Shown here: positions 9,641 to 18,971 of the stretch, in pieces
Position numbering within the stretch: position 1 is the first letter of the stretch
Layout of the letters: the number at the start of each line of letters is the position of its first letter
The notes under the pieces: generated by a model
What the model was told of the DNA's origin: nothing
The model's database searches: none
What the model saw: only the letters and a program-made list of their open reading frames with translations
Assembly: GCA_963693055.1 (NCBI GenBank)
Contig: OY843751.1
Coordinates: forward strand, 3,232,001-3,296,000
Reading direction: 5' to 3'
DNA length: 64,000 nt
Source of the DNA: a bacterium
GTDB taxonomy: Bacteria > Zhuqueibacterota > Zhuqueibacteria > Residuimicrobiales > Krinioviventaceae
Position numbers and translations under genes: made by a program

Positions 9641-10528
9641 ATGAAATTATTATTGCTGGTAAATCCATTAGCAGGTAAAAAACAGGGGCAATCTGTAGCT
9701 GAAACTGCATTGGAGAGATTTAAAAACAGTGGTCTGGATGTCGAGTGTATTTTTTCCGAGAAACCTGCACACCTTATTGATGTTGCACGTGAGCAGGTAA
9801 ACGGAGAATGGGATGGCATTGTCGCCGTTGGTGGTGATGGCACATTGTTCGAAGTTATCAATGGAATGATGCAAGGTAATCCGGACCTCCCCACTCCTCT
9901 GGGTGTTATACCGGTTGGTACCGGCAATTCATTTTCCAAGGACCTAAATATCAATTCTTTGGATGATGCAATTAATAAAATAACAAACGGTCATGTAAGA
10001 AATATTGACTTGGGCAAGATTTTAACCAAAAATGATATATATTATTTTATAAATATTGTAGGGTTTGGATTTGTATCTGACGTGGTCAAACGGGCATCCT
10101 TGTATAAAAAATGGGGAGCTCTCAGTTATATCATTGGTGTTATGCAGGTAACGGCTAAACTGAAATCATATGAAATGGAATTTGAAATTGATGGGCAGCA
10201 ATTTAAACGCGATAATATTTTTGTAGAAATTTGCAATTCCACAAAAACCGGTGGTGATATGATAATGGCCCCTGAAGCCCAAATAGATGACGGATTGCTG
10301 GATGTTGTGATCTTGAATAAATTATCAAAACGAAAACTGCTTGAAACCTTTCCCAAAATATTCAAAGGAACTCACATATATATTCCGGAAATTGAAACCT
10401 TTAAAGCAAAAGAAATGACATTTAAGCCCGCAATTTCTAAAATCCTGACTCCCGATGGGGAAATTGTGGGTAACACTCCTATTTCAGTAACAGTTTTACC
10501 AGGTAAAATCAAGGTATTTGATTCATGA
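9641..10528 (+). CDS. Diacylglycerol/lipid kinase family protein (YegS/DgkB-like)
   Basis: VNPLAG, VGGDGT, IPVGTGNSF, GGDM.MAPEA.IDDGLLDV, DGE. Confidence 0.92.
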   Translation: MKLLLLVNPLAGKKQGQSVAETALERFKNSGLDVECIFSEKPAHLIDVAREQVNGEWDGIVAVGGDGTLFEVINGMMQGNPDLPTPLGVIPVGTGNSFSKDLNINSLDDAINKITNGHVRNIDLGKILTKNDIYYFINIVGFGFVSDVVKRASLYKKWGALSYIIGVMQVTAKLKSYEMEFEIDGQQFKRDNIFVEICNSTKTGGDMIMAPEAQIDDGLLDVVILNKLSKRKLLETFPKIFKGTHIYIPEIETFKAKEMTFKPAISKILTPDGEIVGNTPISVTVLPGKIKVFDS

Positions 10529-11244
10529 AAAAAATATTTGAAATTCTGATCTCGGCTCTCTCCTGGACCATTGGCATTGTTCTGTTCACACCTTTTGGAT
10601 TATCAATTATTTTAACCAGTTTTGTGATGAATCCCAAATATATTGATGGATATATCAAGGCTGGATGTCGGTTTATCATGTGGATGATGGGTGTTCACAT
10701 ATCAACTGAAGGAAAATCTCTGATTGATAAAAATAAAACATATATTTTTATGGCCAATCATGTCAATCTTTTTGATGGTTTGGTACTTTATGGTCACATT
10801 CCTAATTATGCCAGAGGTGTTGAACTGGACAAACATTTTAGCTGGCCGTTTTGGGGATACCTGATACGCAGAATGGGGATGATCCCCATAAGTCGTACGC
10901 AGGGTAAAAGCGCTTTAGCAAGTCTTGAAAAAGCGAGAAATAGCATAAAACAGGGAACCTCAATCATCATCCTGCCAGAAGGCACACGTACTCTTGATGG
11001 AAACCTGAAACCTTTTAAAAGAGGACCATTTTATCTGGCATTAAAGGCCCAGGCAGATATTATACCTGTTGCCATGCTGGATGCATATCGCATTAAACGC
11101 AAAGGGAGCTGGCTCATCAAACCCGGTAAAATGAAAATAAAATTTGATGCACCAATTCCATTTGAACAAATCAAAAATATGGAAATAGCAGAGGTTCACT
11201 CTCTTGTGAAGGAAAAAATTTCTCAATTAATTGAATCCAGATAA
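10525..11244 (+). CDS. plsC: 1-acyl-sn-glycerol-3-phosphate acyltransferase family
   Basis: NHVNLFD (HxxxxD), LPEGTRT, FKRG; ATGA overlap with the upstream gene. Confidence 0.85.
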   Translation: MKKIFEILISALSWTIGIVLFTPFGLSIILTSFVMNPKYIDGYIKAGCRFIMWMMGVHISTEGKSLIDKNKTYIFMANHVNLFDGLVLYGHIPNYARGVELDKHFSWPFWGYLIRRMGMIPISRTQGKSALASLEKARNSIKQGTSIIILPEGTRTLDGNLKPFKRGPFYLALKAQADIIPVAMLDAYRIKRKGSWLIKPGKMKIKFDAPIPFEQIKNMEIAEVHSLVKEKISQLIESR

Positions 11245-11277
11245 AAAAAGGCAGTTGAAATAAATCCAACTGCCTTT
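11244..11277. terminator. Bidirectional terminator between plsC and GH28
   Basis: AAAGGCAGTTG...CAACTGCCTTT with A/T runs on both sides. Confidence 0.75.
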
Positions 11278-11304
11278 CAAGCATGGGTAAAGAAAAATAA
11301 CAAA

Positions 11305-12963
11305 TCATTCAATAACCAGAACATTCTTATCGACATTATCTCCATATTGAACAATTGGCTTTTGGGTTTTAAAACCATCTCCATCTACTTTAATATTTTC
11401 ACTTTTTTCGCCATCAACATGAATTTCAATTTTTTCAGGCATTGGTACTTTAAATTGTGTAAAAGAAATATCCTTGCCCTGCATAATTTCTATTACCGGA
11501 TTTTCTTTAATAGTAAAGGTAGTATTTTCAAATTGAACCTTTTCTACAAAAATACATTTCACGCCTTTTTCAGAGCTCATTTCCATATTGCTAAAACGAA
11601 TATCATGAATAAACAACTCGGGTAATCCTCGTATAAAAACCGATGTTTCAGCATTTATACTGCTAATAGTGTCAAAATCAATATTACGGAATATTGGCGT
11701 ACCTTCATCAACTTTTGGTATATCATCAACTAAACCAATGTTTTCATAAAACAAATCAAACAAGATGGCTTCAAAGAGAACATCAATCATTTGAATATTT
11801 CGAAAATACATATTTTCTACAACGCCGCCCCGGCCTCGTATGCTTTTAAATCTCAAACCAACATCCGTACCAATAAAAGTACAATCGGAAACCCAAACAT
11901 TATTTACACCACCAGACATTTCACTGCCCGTGGTTACCCCACCATGCCCATGATAGACGGTACAGTTGTAGATAATTATATTTTCACTGGCTTTGCCACG
12001 TTCCCGCCCAAACGCATCTCTGCCCGATTTTATGCAAATTGCATCATCACCAACGTCAAAGTTGCAATCATAAATCAATACATTTTTTGTGGATTCCAGA
12101 TCCAGTCCATCGCCATTTTGAGAAAACCAGGGATTGCGTACAGTAATATTGCGAATAATAATATTTTCACACAACAAGGGATGAATATTCCATGCAGCAG
12201 AATTTTGAAAAGTAGGCCCATCTAGAAGAATATTTTTACTATTTACCATTCTTACCATTACTGGTCTTAAAAAATCATGGGCTGGTAGATAATCTTCAAT
12301 CTTGACATTAGGTTTATTCTCAAGAGAACGAATATATTCAGCTCCCTGCATGGCACCTGGTGATGGCCACCAAACATCACCATCATCCTGAACTATTCCA
12401 CCAGATTCTTTTAATGCATTCCATTGCTTATTAGTCATTTTAAATCTTTTAACAGGGCGCCAAGCACCACCAGAACCATCAATAATACCGGAACCGGTAA
12501 TGGCTACATTTTCCGCGTCAACAATATTTATAGGGCTTGTACTACGGACTTGTTCAATGCCTTCAAAGGAACTGTGAACCAGGGGATAATCACTCAAATC
12601 TGTGCTGAATAAAAGCACAGCACCTTTTTCTAAATACAATTCCATATTACTTTTTAAATCGATAGGCCCTGTCAACCAGATTCCTTCCGGAATCAATATC
12701 CTGCCCCCTCCTGCTTTTTCACAATCCTGAATAACCTTTTCAAATACGTTAGTATTCTTTTCCAATCCATTTCCGTGTGCATTGTAATCTACAATATTGA
12801 ATACTTTTTTCGGGATGGAAGGCTCATATATATCTCCCATGTCAAACGGCACAGGACCGGTTTCTTTTAATATCCATTGGGTAAGATTTGCAGTACTTGC
12901 TGAAGAAACCAAAAAAATAGAAATCAATACTGCAAATATTATTCTGATATGTTCTTTGCTCAT
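11305..12963 (-). CDS. Glycoside hydrolase family 28 (polygalacturonase-like)
   Basis: NGDGLD, GDDAI, HGHGG and RFKS catalytic motifs; signal peptide. Confidence 0.93.
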   Translation of the reverse strand: MSKEHIRIIFAVLISIFLVSSASTANLTQWILKETGPVPFDMGDIYEPSIPKKVFNIVDYNAHGNGLEKNTNVFEKVIQDCEKAGGGRILIPEGIWLTGPIDLKSNMELYLEKGAVLLFSTDLSDYPLVHSSFEGIEQVRSTSPINIVDAENVAITGSGIIDGSGGAWRPVKRFKMTNKQWNALKESGGIVQDDGDVWWPSPGAMQGAEYIRSLENKPNVKIEDYLPAHDFLRPVMVRMVNSKNILLDGPTFQNSAAWNIHPLLCENIIIRNITVRNPWFSQNGDGLDLESTKNVLIYDCNFDVGDDAICIKSGRDAFGRERGKASENIIIYNCTVYHGHGGVTTGSEMSGGVNNVWVSDCTFIGTDVGLRFKSIRGRGGVVENMYFRNIQMIDVLFEAILFDLFYENIGLVDDIPKVDEGTPIFRNIDFDTISSINAETSVFIRGLPELFIHDIRFSNMEMSSEKGVKCIFVEKVQFENTTFTIKENPVIEIMQGKDISFTQFKVPMPEKIEIHVDGEKSENIKVDGDGFKTQKPIVQYGDNVDKNVLVIE

Positions 12964-12970
12964 AAGTTCC

Positions 12971-14131
12971 TCAATATACGTCCCAATCTAAAACATTGTG
13001 TTTAATCGAATTTTCTATCAACCATTGCGGATAATCATTTTTTAATAATGATACAGGCCAGTAACCCAGCCAACCATATTCATTTCTACGTTCACTTGAA
13101 ATTTCGGACAACTCTGTATATATTTTACCATCTCTGTCACTAAAAAACGGACGGTTATCGTTGATATTATAAAATCGGGCCCAAAGTGGAGGTGCATAAT
13201 CATCATGGATCACAATCCGGTTAAATCCTGTTGGGCTTTCAGAGTCAGGTTGTTCAACAATTCGTTTTTGCTCTATCCTGACTTTGTGTAACCAGGCAAT
13301 ACCTGATTGAATAGAAATGATAATTTCTTTTGAAGGATTCTCAACAGACATTAAAAATCGCAAAATACCGACAGTTGCCTTGCCGCTTATGGAAACAAGT
13401 TCATAACTTCTTGCCTGTCTGGGTTCCAGTGATTTTTCATCATATTGAGCGCACCAACCCGTTAATTCCCCTTCAACCTTGATTTGGCATTTTAATATAC
13501 AATTAATTCCTTTTTCTATAGCCCGTTTAGCCCTATTTTTCCTGTATTGGTCAACAAAAGAAAACTGCTCATTATGAATGATTTCATTTAGTAAAAAAAG
13601 AATACCGGTCATTGCATCATCATTAAATGTAATATGCGAATAATACCCTCTTCTTAATGGAAAATATTGCGGCCATCCCCCGTTTTTATATTGAGCTGCT
13701 AAAATATAATCCAAGCCTTTTAAAAAGGCCAAAACATAACGATGATCACCAGTATAACGATAAATTTGGGCAAGAAAAAAAAGCTCTGTACAAGTTGCAC
13801 CATTATCAAAAGTTGCCAGCATTTCATTGGGAAATTCAGCGAATCGATTCATAACCTCACTGCTCAATTCAACTGAATAATCCACATTCTTGGGCCATCC
13901 CCCCGAATCACGTTGATAAACAAGAACCCGTTCTGCAATTTGTTTTGCAGATTCTGAACGAAACCATGCTGTATCATGGTCCATTAAAAATGCCCATAAA
14001 TTCGATTGAACTGTCTTGTCCGCATAAACAAAACCACTTTTATCATTCGTATCATCAGCAAACGAAAAAATTGGGTAAACCAGAGAAATCAGAATAGATA
14101 TTACAATTATTTTATTGATAAAAGAAAACAT
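12971..14131 (-). CDS. pelA: Pectate lyase, PL10 (PelA/Pel-15E family)
   Basis: GGWPKN, TFDNGAT, GGWPQY, HITFND, WCAQYD, ARSYEL, WARFY, ERRNEYGW. Confidence 0.92.
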   Translation of the reverse strand: MFSFINKIIVISILISLVYPIFSFADDTNDKSGFVYADKTVQSNLWAFLMDHDTAWFRSESAKQIAERVLVYQRDSGGWPKNVDYSVELSSEVMNRFAEFPNEMLATFDNGATCTELFFLAQIYRYTGDHRYVLAFLKGLDYILAAQYKNGGWPQYFPLRRGYYSHITFNDDAMTGILFLLNEIIHNEQFSFVDQYRKNRAKRAIEKGINCILKCQIKVEGELTGWCAQYDEKSLEPRQARSYELVSISGKATVGILRFLMSVENPSKEIIISIQSGIAWLHKVRIEQKRIVEQPDSESPTGFNRIVIHDDYAPPLWARFYNINDNRPFFSDRDGKIYTELSEISSERRNEYGWLGYWPVSLLKNDYPQWLIENSIKHNVLDWDVY

Positions 14132-14170
14132 TTAATAACGGGCCTTGTTTAGAGCATTTCAAAATTAACA

Positions 14171-14200
14171 CAGGGGCAAAAGCACTTACCTTTGCCCCTG
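14171..14200 (-). terminator. Intra-operon stem-loop after the 5-repeat gene
   Basis: CAGGGGCAAA...TTTGCCCCTG 10-bp stem; weak U-tail. Confidence 0.6.
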
Positions 14201-14205
14201 AAATT

Positions 14206-17200
14206 TTATTTCAACAACATCATTTTATTAACTTTGGTAAAGTTATTTACTTCCATCCTGAAAAAGTAAAGACCGGAGGAATAGTTTGCAGCGTTAAAAG
14301 ATACCTGATATCGACCGGCACCATACTGACGATCAGCAAGAACTGCTACTTGCTGTCCCAGTGTGTTATAGATGGTAATCTTGACACGACCAGATTCAGG
14401 CAACTGGAATGGAATCACGGTAACAGGATTAAATGGATTCGGGTAATTCTGTTTCAGATCATAGGTTTGCGGTACGGTAGATTCAGTATCATATGCAATA
14501 GCGGTATTGATCTTGTCCACATACAATTCTTCAGGAATAGGTTCACCTTCATCCGGGCCATAGGCACCAGACAGATCAAGAATGCACCAATCCAAATATC
14601 CACCAATAGCATCTCCGGATCCATCACCAACTTTGATATAATTATCACTGTTAGATTCACCCGATACACCTACCATAAAAGGTACAGGATTTTCATCGAT
14701 ATAGATTGTTGAAGTATCACCACTTATTGCAACACGGATGGTATGCCATTCATACAGACTGAAATCACCTTGAACTTCAACACTGGATTTTTCCAGTTCC
14801 AGGGTGCTGTCTGCGCCCCAGATACGCAACTCGTCACGAGATCCAACATTGGCGTTACGCCATTGCAGATCAAAGATACGGTCATAGGTAGAATCTGCTT
14901 CACCCTTGATTCTGGCGATCATGGTATAGGCTTTTTCGCCATAGCCTTCCGGAAAATTATAGCGATACATACGGGTACCGTTTGGCTGCAAATATTTAAA
15001 TATCTTGTTGCCTTCAATATCCGGATCATCAATAATCTCTTCAACCATTTCCGCACCTGGTGCATCCTGACTCAGATCAGAAAGATCAAGCGTACAGATA
15101 TTGGTATCAGAATCCGTTGGTAATACACTTGCATCATATACCATCCAACCGGGTTCAATAGGTGCAATATAAGGATCCACATAAATTCCTTCAGGAATTG
15201 CAAGACCATCATTGGCACCATGTGCACCATAAAAATCTACCATAATCCAGTCCAGATAACCACCAATGGCATCACCAGAACCATCACCAATTTTAATATA
15301 GGTATCGCTTGAAGTTTCGGTAGATCGACCGGCAACATAAGGTGTTGAACGTTCATCAACAAAGACTGTTGCGGAATCGCCGCGCACTTCAATACGATAA
15401 GAGTGCCAACTGTACAAATTCAGATCCACTTTAACTTGTACATCCGCTTTTTCAAGCTCAAGAGTACTGTCTGCAGGCCAAATACGTAATTCTTCACGGC
15501 TGTTTGCATTACCATTACGCCATTGAATATCAAATACACGGTCATAAGCTACATGGTTTACACCTTTAAGACGTACAAAAATAGTAAAAGAAGAATCGGT
15601 AAAAGTTTCTGCAAAATTGTGACGATACATTTTGGTACCATCGGGCTGCAGATATTTCAATACTTTATTGCCTTCAATTTCTGCATCGTCAGATATTTGT
15701 TCAATAAAGGTTGTACCTGGAGCATCCTGACTGACATCTGACAGATCCAGGGTATCACCATTACTGGTTGTTTCAGATGGCAAAATACTGGCATCATATA
15801 CCAGCCAATGAGGAATTTCAGGTTCAGGACCTGTATCAACAGTTAAATAACCGGGAACCGGTAATCCTTCACCAGGCGCATACGCACCGGAAACATCCAT
15901 AATAAACCAATCAACATAACCACCAATAGCTTCACCAGAACCATCACCAATTTTCACATACTTGTCTGTACTTGCAGATTCTGAGACACCCGAAAGAACA
16001 GGTTGGTCATTTTCATCCAGATAAATATCAGCCTGGTCTCCATTCACTACAATTCTGAATGTATGCCATTCATAAAAATCAACATCCAGTTTAATGCTGA
16101 TATCTGCTTTTTCAAGCTCAATAGTACTGTCAACAGGAGAAACGCGAAGTTCTTCACGAGTACCTGCATTACCGTTTCTCCATTGAACATCAAAGACGCG
16201 GTCATAGGTTTCCGGATTATTTTCGCCCTTCATACGGATTAACATGGTCAAAGTAGAATCTTCATATGCTTCATCCAAATAATGACGATACATGGTTTTA
16301 CCATCAGGATGCAAATATTTCAACAGTTTATTCTCGGCAATTTCAGGATCATCAACAATTTCCTGGATAAAACCGGCACCGGGAGAATTATCACTTACAC
16401 TTGTCAGATCAAGGGTATCTCCGCCACCATCGGTAAACTCGGGAAGTACACTTGCATCATATACCAACCAGCTGGGTACATTATTTTCCTGACCATCTAC
16501 AAAAAGTGTTTCAGGAATCTCCAGTCCTTCACCAGGAGCAAAAGCACCTGCTTTATCAAAAATAACCCAATCAACGTAACCACCAATAGCGTCACCGGAA
16601 CCATCACCAATCTTGATGTAATTATCACCACTGGTTGAACCGGAAACACCAGAAACTACAGTAATGGGATTTTCATCGATATAGACAGTAGCTTCATCAC
16701 CATTTACAGCAATTCGGTAGGTATGCCATTCGTAAAGGTTCATATCCACTTTAATTTCTACTTCAGCTTTTTCCAATTCAATTGTGCTATCAGCAGGCCA
16801 GATACGTAATTCATCACGGCTGTTGGCATTTCCGTTACGCCACTGTAAATCAAATGCTCTGTCATAAACCGAGCCTGTATCCGCTTTAACACGGGCAATT
16901 AATGTAAATGCAGAATCGGTATAGGTTTCTTGAAAATAATGACGATACATGGTTTTACCATCGGGATGTAGATATTTCAGCAATTTGTTACCAGAGATAT
17001 CAACATCGTCAATAATTTCCTGAATAAAACCGGCACCGGGAGAATTATCGCTCACACTGGTAAGATCAAGTACATCTCCACCAACTCCTGTTTCGGAAGG
17101 TAGAACACTGGCATCATAAATCAGCCATTTTTGTACATCGTCCATTAAACCATCTACAAAATAATCATCAGGGAAAGCAGTTCCCTCACCGGGAGCATAA

Positions 17201-17856
17201 GCACCGCTGTTATCAAAAACGACCCAATCTACGTAACCACCAATAGCATCTCCAGATCCATCACCAATCTTGATGTAACTATCACCACTTGTTGATGTAG
17301 AAACACCACTAACAACAGCAACAGGCTCTTCATCAATATAAACAGTAGCTTCATCACCATTTACAGCAATGCGGTAGGTATGCCATTCGTACAGATCCAT
17401 ATCAACTTTGATCTCTACATCGGCTTTTTCCAACTCGATTGTGCTGTCAGCAGGCCAAATCCGCAATTCATCGCGGCTATTAGCATTTGCATTACGCCAT
17501 TGCAGGTCAAACGCGCGATCATAAACTGAACCCGTATCGGCTTTAACACGTGCAACCAGGGTAAAAGCAGAATCCGTATATGCTTCATCAAAATAATGAC
17601 GGTACATGGTCTTACCATCAGGATGAAGATATTTTAGAATTTTGTTGCCGGTGATAGCAGGATCATCAATAATTTCCTGAATGAATCCCTCACCGGGGGA
17701 ATTATCACTGACACTTGTCAGATCTAGCACATCACCGCCTGTTCCCGTTTCAGACGGCAATACACTTGCATCGTAAGTTAACCATTGTGCCTGCAACTGC
17801 GTTACAGCAAACAGCATAAATACGACGGTTAGTAGTACCAACCCTTTACTTTTCAT
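14206..17856 (-). CDS. Secreted protein with five tandem ~220-aa beta-rich repeats and a T9SS-type C-terminal domain
   Basis: Signal peptide; five copies of W..YDAS.LP...MYR...QWRN...ELR...K(I/V)GDGSG(D/E)AIGGY(V/L)DW; C-terminal NYPNPFNP...KMMLLK. Confidence 0.88.
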   Translation of the reverse strand: MKSKGLVLLTVVFMLFAVTQLQAQWLTYDASVLPSETGTGGDVLDLTSVSDNSPGEGFIQEIIDDPAITGNKILKYLHPDGKTMYRHYFDEAYTDSAFTLVARVKADTGSVYDRAFDLQWRNANANSRDELRIWPADSTIELEKADVEIKVDMDLYEWHTYRIAVNGDEATVYIDEEPVAVVSGVSTSTSGDSYIKIGDGSGDAIGGYVDWVVFDNSGAYAPGEGTAFPDDYFVDGLMDDVQKWLIYDASVLPSETGVGGDVLDLTSVSDNSPGAGFIQEIIDDVDISGNKLLKYLHPDGKTMYRHYFQETYTDSAFTLIARVKADTGSVYDRAFDLQWRNGNANSRDELRIWPADSTIELEKAEVEIKVDMNLYEWHTYRIAVNGDEATVYIDENPITVVSGVSGSTSGDNYIKIGDGSGDAIGGYVDWVIFDKAGAFAPGEGLEIPETLFVDGQENNVPSWLVYDASVLPEFTDGGGDTLDLTSVSDNSPGAGFIQEIVDDPEIAENKLLKYLHPDGKTMYRHYLDEAYEDSTLTMLIRMKGENNPETYDRVFDVQWRNGNAGTREELRVSPVDSTIELEKADISIKLDVDFYEWHTFRIVVNGDQADIYLDENDQPVLSGVSESASTDKYVKIGDGSGEAIGGYVDWFIMDVSGAYAPGEGLPVPGYLTVDTGPEPEIPHWLVYDASILPSETTSNGDTLDLSDVSQDAPGTTFIEQISDDAEIEGNKVLKYLQPDGTKMYRHNFAETFTDSSFTIFVRLKGVNHVAYDRVFDIQWRNGNANSREELRIWPADSTLELEKADVQVKVDLNLYSWHSYRIEVRGDSATVFVDERSTPYVAGRSTETSSDTYIKIGDGSGDAIGGYLDWIMVDFYGAHGANDGLAIPEGIYVDPYIAPIEPGWMVYDASVLPTDSDTNICTLDLSDLSQDAPGAEMVEEIIDDPDIEGNKIFKYLQPNGTRMYRYNFPEGYGEKAYTMIARIKGEADSTYDRIFDLQWRNANVGSRDELRIWGADSTLELEKSSVEVQGDFSLYEWHTIRVAISGDTSTIYIDENPVPFMVGVSGESNSDNYIKVGDGSGDAIGGYLDWCILDLSGAYGPDEGEPIPEELYVDKINTAIAYDTESTVPQTYDLKQNYPNPFNPVTVIPFQLPESGRVKITIYNTLGQQVAVLADRQYGAGRYQVSFNAANYSSGLYFFRMEVNNFTKVNKMMLLK
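14510..17784 (-). repeat. Five intragenic tandem repeats of ~660 bp
   Basis: Repeat-initial Trp codons at about 17784, 17127, 16470, 15807 and 15147 (spacing 657-663 bp). Confidence 0.9.
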
Positions 17857-17930
17857 TTCTCCTCCTTTTTAGAAATTAAATTTGTCTACCCAATTTATTT
17901 AATTCTATTATAATCTTTTCCGGCAGGATG

Positions 17931-18950
17931 TCAAAAAGCAACACCTATTGAAAAACGGTTCACATTTTGGAACACCTCAAACTCCGAATAAGAGTAATCA
18001 AATAAAATCTTGTAACCACTAAAACCGGTTGCCAAACCCAAACCACATGACCAAGAAGCAATATCATGGTTGGTCTGATAACCTCCTCGAAACGCAATAC
18101 TTTTCATAAAAACATATTCAAGACCAAAGTTGGCCCGTTCTGTATAGTTGTTGGGATGCAGAAAATCAAATGCAAGCATCAATTCATTTTTATCATTTCT
18201 CAATGCAGGGAATACCTGAAAAACATCCATTGCAGCTCCCATGGTAAATAACAGGGGCAAAGGTTCATATACTTTTTCGCGTTTGAGATTTGAAGAAAAA
18301 TTACGAATAGCCATTCCAAAGCGCAGGCTCTTTAACCCGGTGTAATATTTTACACCGGCATCAAAAACCAGCTTTACCGCTTTATTTTCTATGGTTTCAC
18401 CGGTAGTAAAAGTATTGCTGCCCAGATTATGCTCAACATAACGGAGATTACCACCAATAAGGAAACGATCACTGATAGCGCGTCCATATGTCAAACCTAT
18501 TGCGATAGCGCCAACATCATCCAGGGCTCCATCATCTTTGTACCCCAGGGGATACATGCTGCTTTCTGCCTCTGTAATTAAGCTGGTTCCATTGATTGTT
18601 CCGTAATCTACCCAAAGCACACTCAGACCAAAGGAACCCATGTTTCCCGCATTCCAGACAATGGCATCTGCCATATAATTAATATCCGCAATCCAACGGG
18701 TATCACACATTTTAAAATCAAAGCGGGACGGAGATTCAACAATACCCGCAGGATTAAAAAATATACTTTCCGCACCTTCACCAACTGCAATAAATGTTTC
18801 ACCCAAAGCTGCCGCCCGGGGAGAAACATTGACCAGCAAAAAGTTCATGGTGCTCTGGCCAACCTTTTTCAACCCCACTTGCGCCGTAGCAATTGTACTG
18901 GCTGCAAGAATGATGACCAGGTTTAGCAGGATTATTTTATATAGTTTCAT
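17931..18950 (-). CDS. PorV/PorQ (UPF0164) family outer-membrane beta-barrel
   Basis: NFLLVNVSPRAAALGETF...SIFFNPAG; FDAGV; C-terminal FDYSY...NRFSIGVAF. Confidence 0.85.
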   Translation of the reverse strand: MKLYKIILLNLVIILAASTIATAQVGLKKVGQSTMNFLLVNVSPRAAALGETFIAVGEGAESIFFNPAGIVESPSRFDFKMCDTRWIADINYMADAIVWNAGNMGSFGLSVLWVDYGTINGTSLITEAESSMYPLGYKDDGALDDVGAIAIGLTYGRAISDRFLIGGNLRYVEHNLGSNTFTTGETIENKAVKLVFDAGVKYYTGLKSLRFGMAIRNFSSNLKREKVYEPLPLLFTMGAAMDVFQVFPALRNDKNELMLAFDFLHPNNYTERANFGLEYVFMKSIAFRGGYQTNHDIASWSCGLGLATGFSGYKILFDYSYSEFEVFQNVNRFSIGVAF

Positions 18951-18971
18951 TAAAGTCTCCTTGCTTCCGAA

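Noticed and set aside
14510-17784. Regularly spaced DNA repeats as a CRISPR array or mobile repeat
   Set aside because: They are ~660-bp in-frame protein domain repeats with synonymous divergence; no short repeat-spacer pattern or cas genes were seen in the window.
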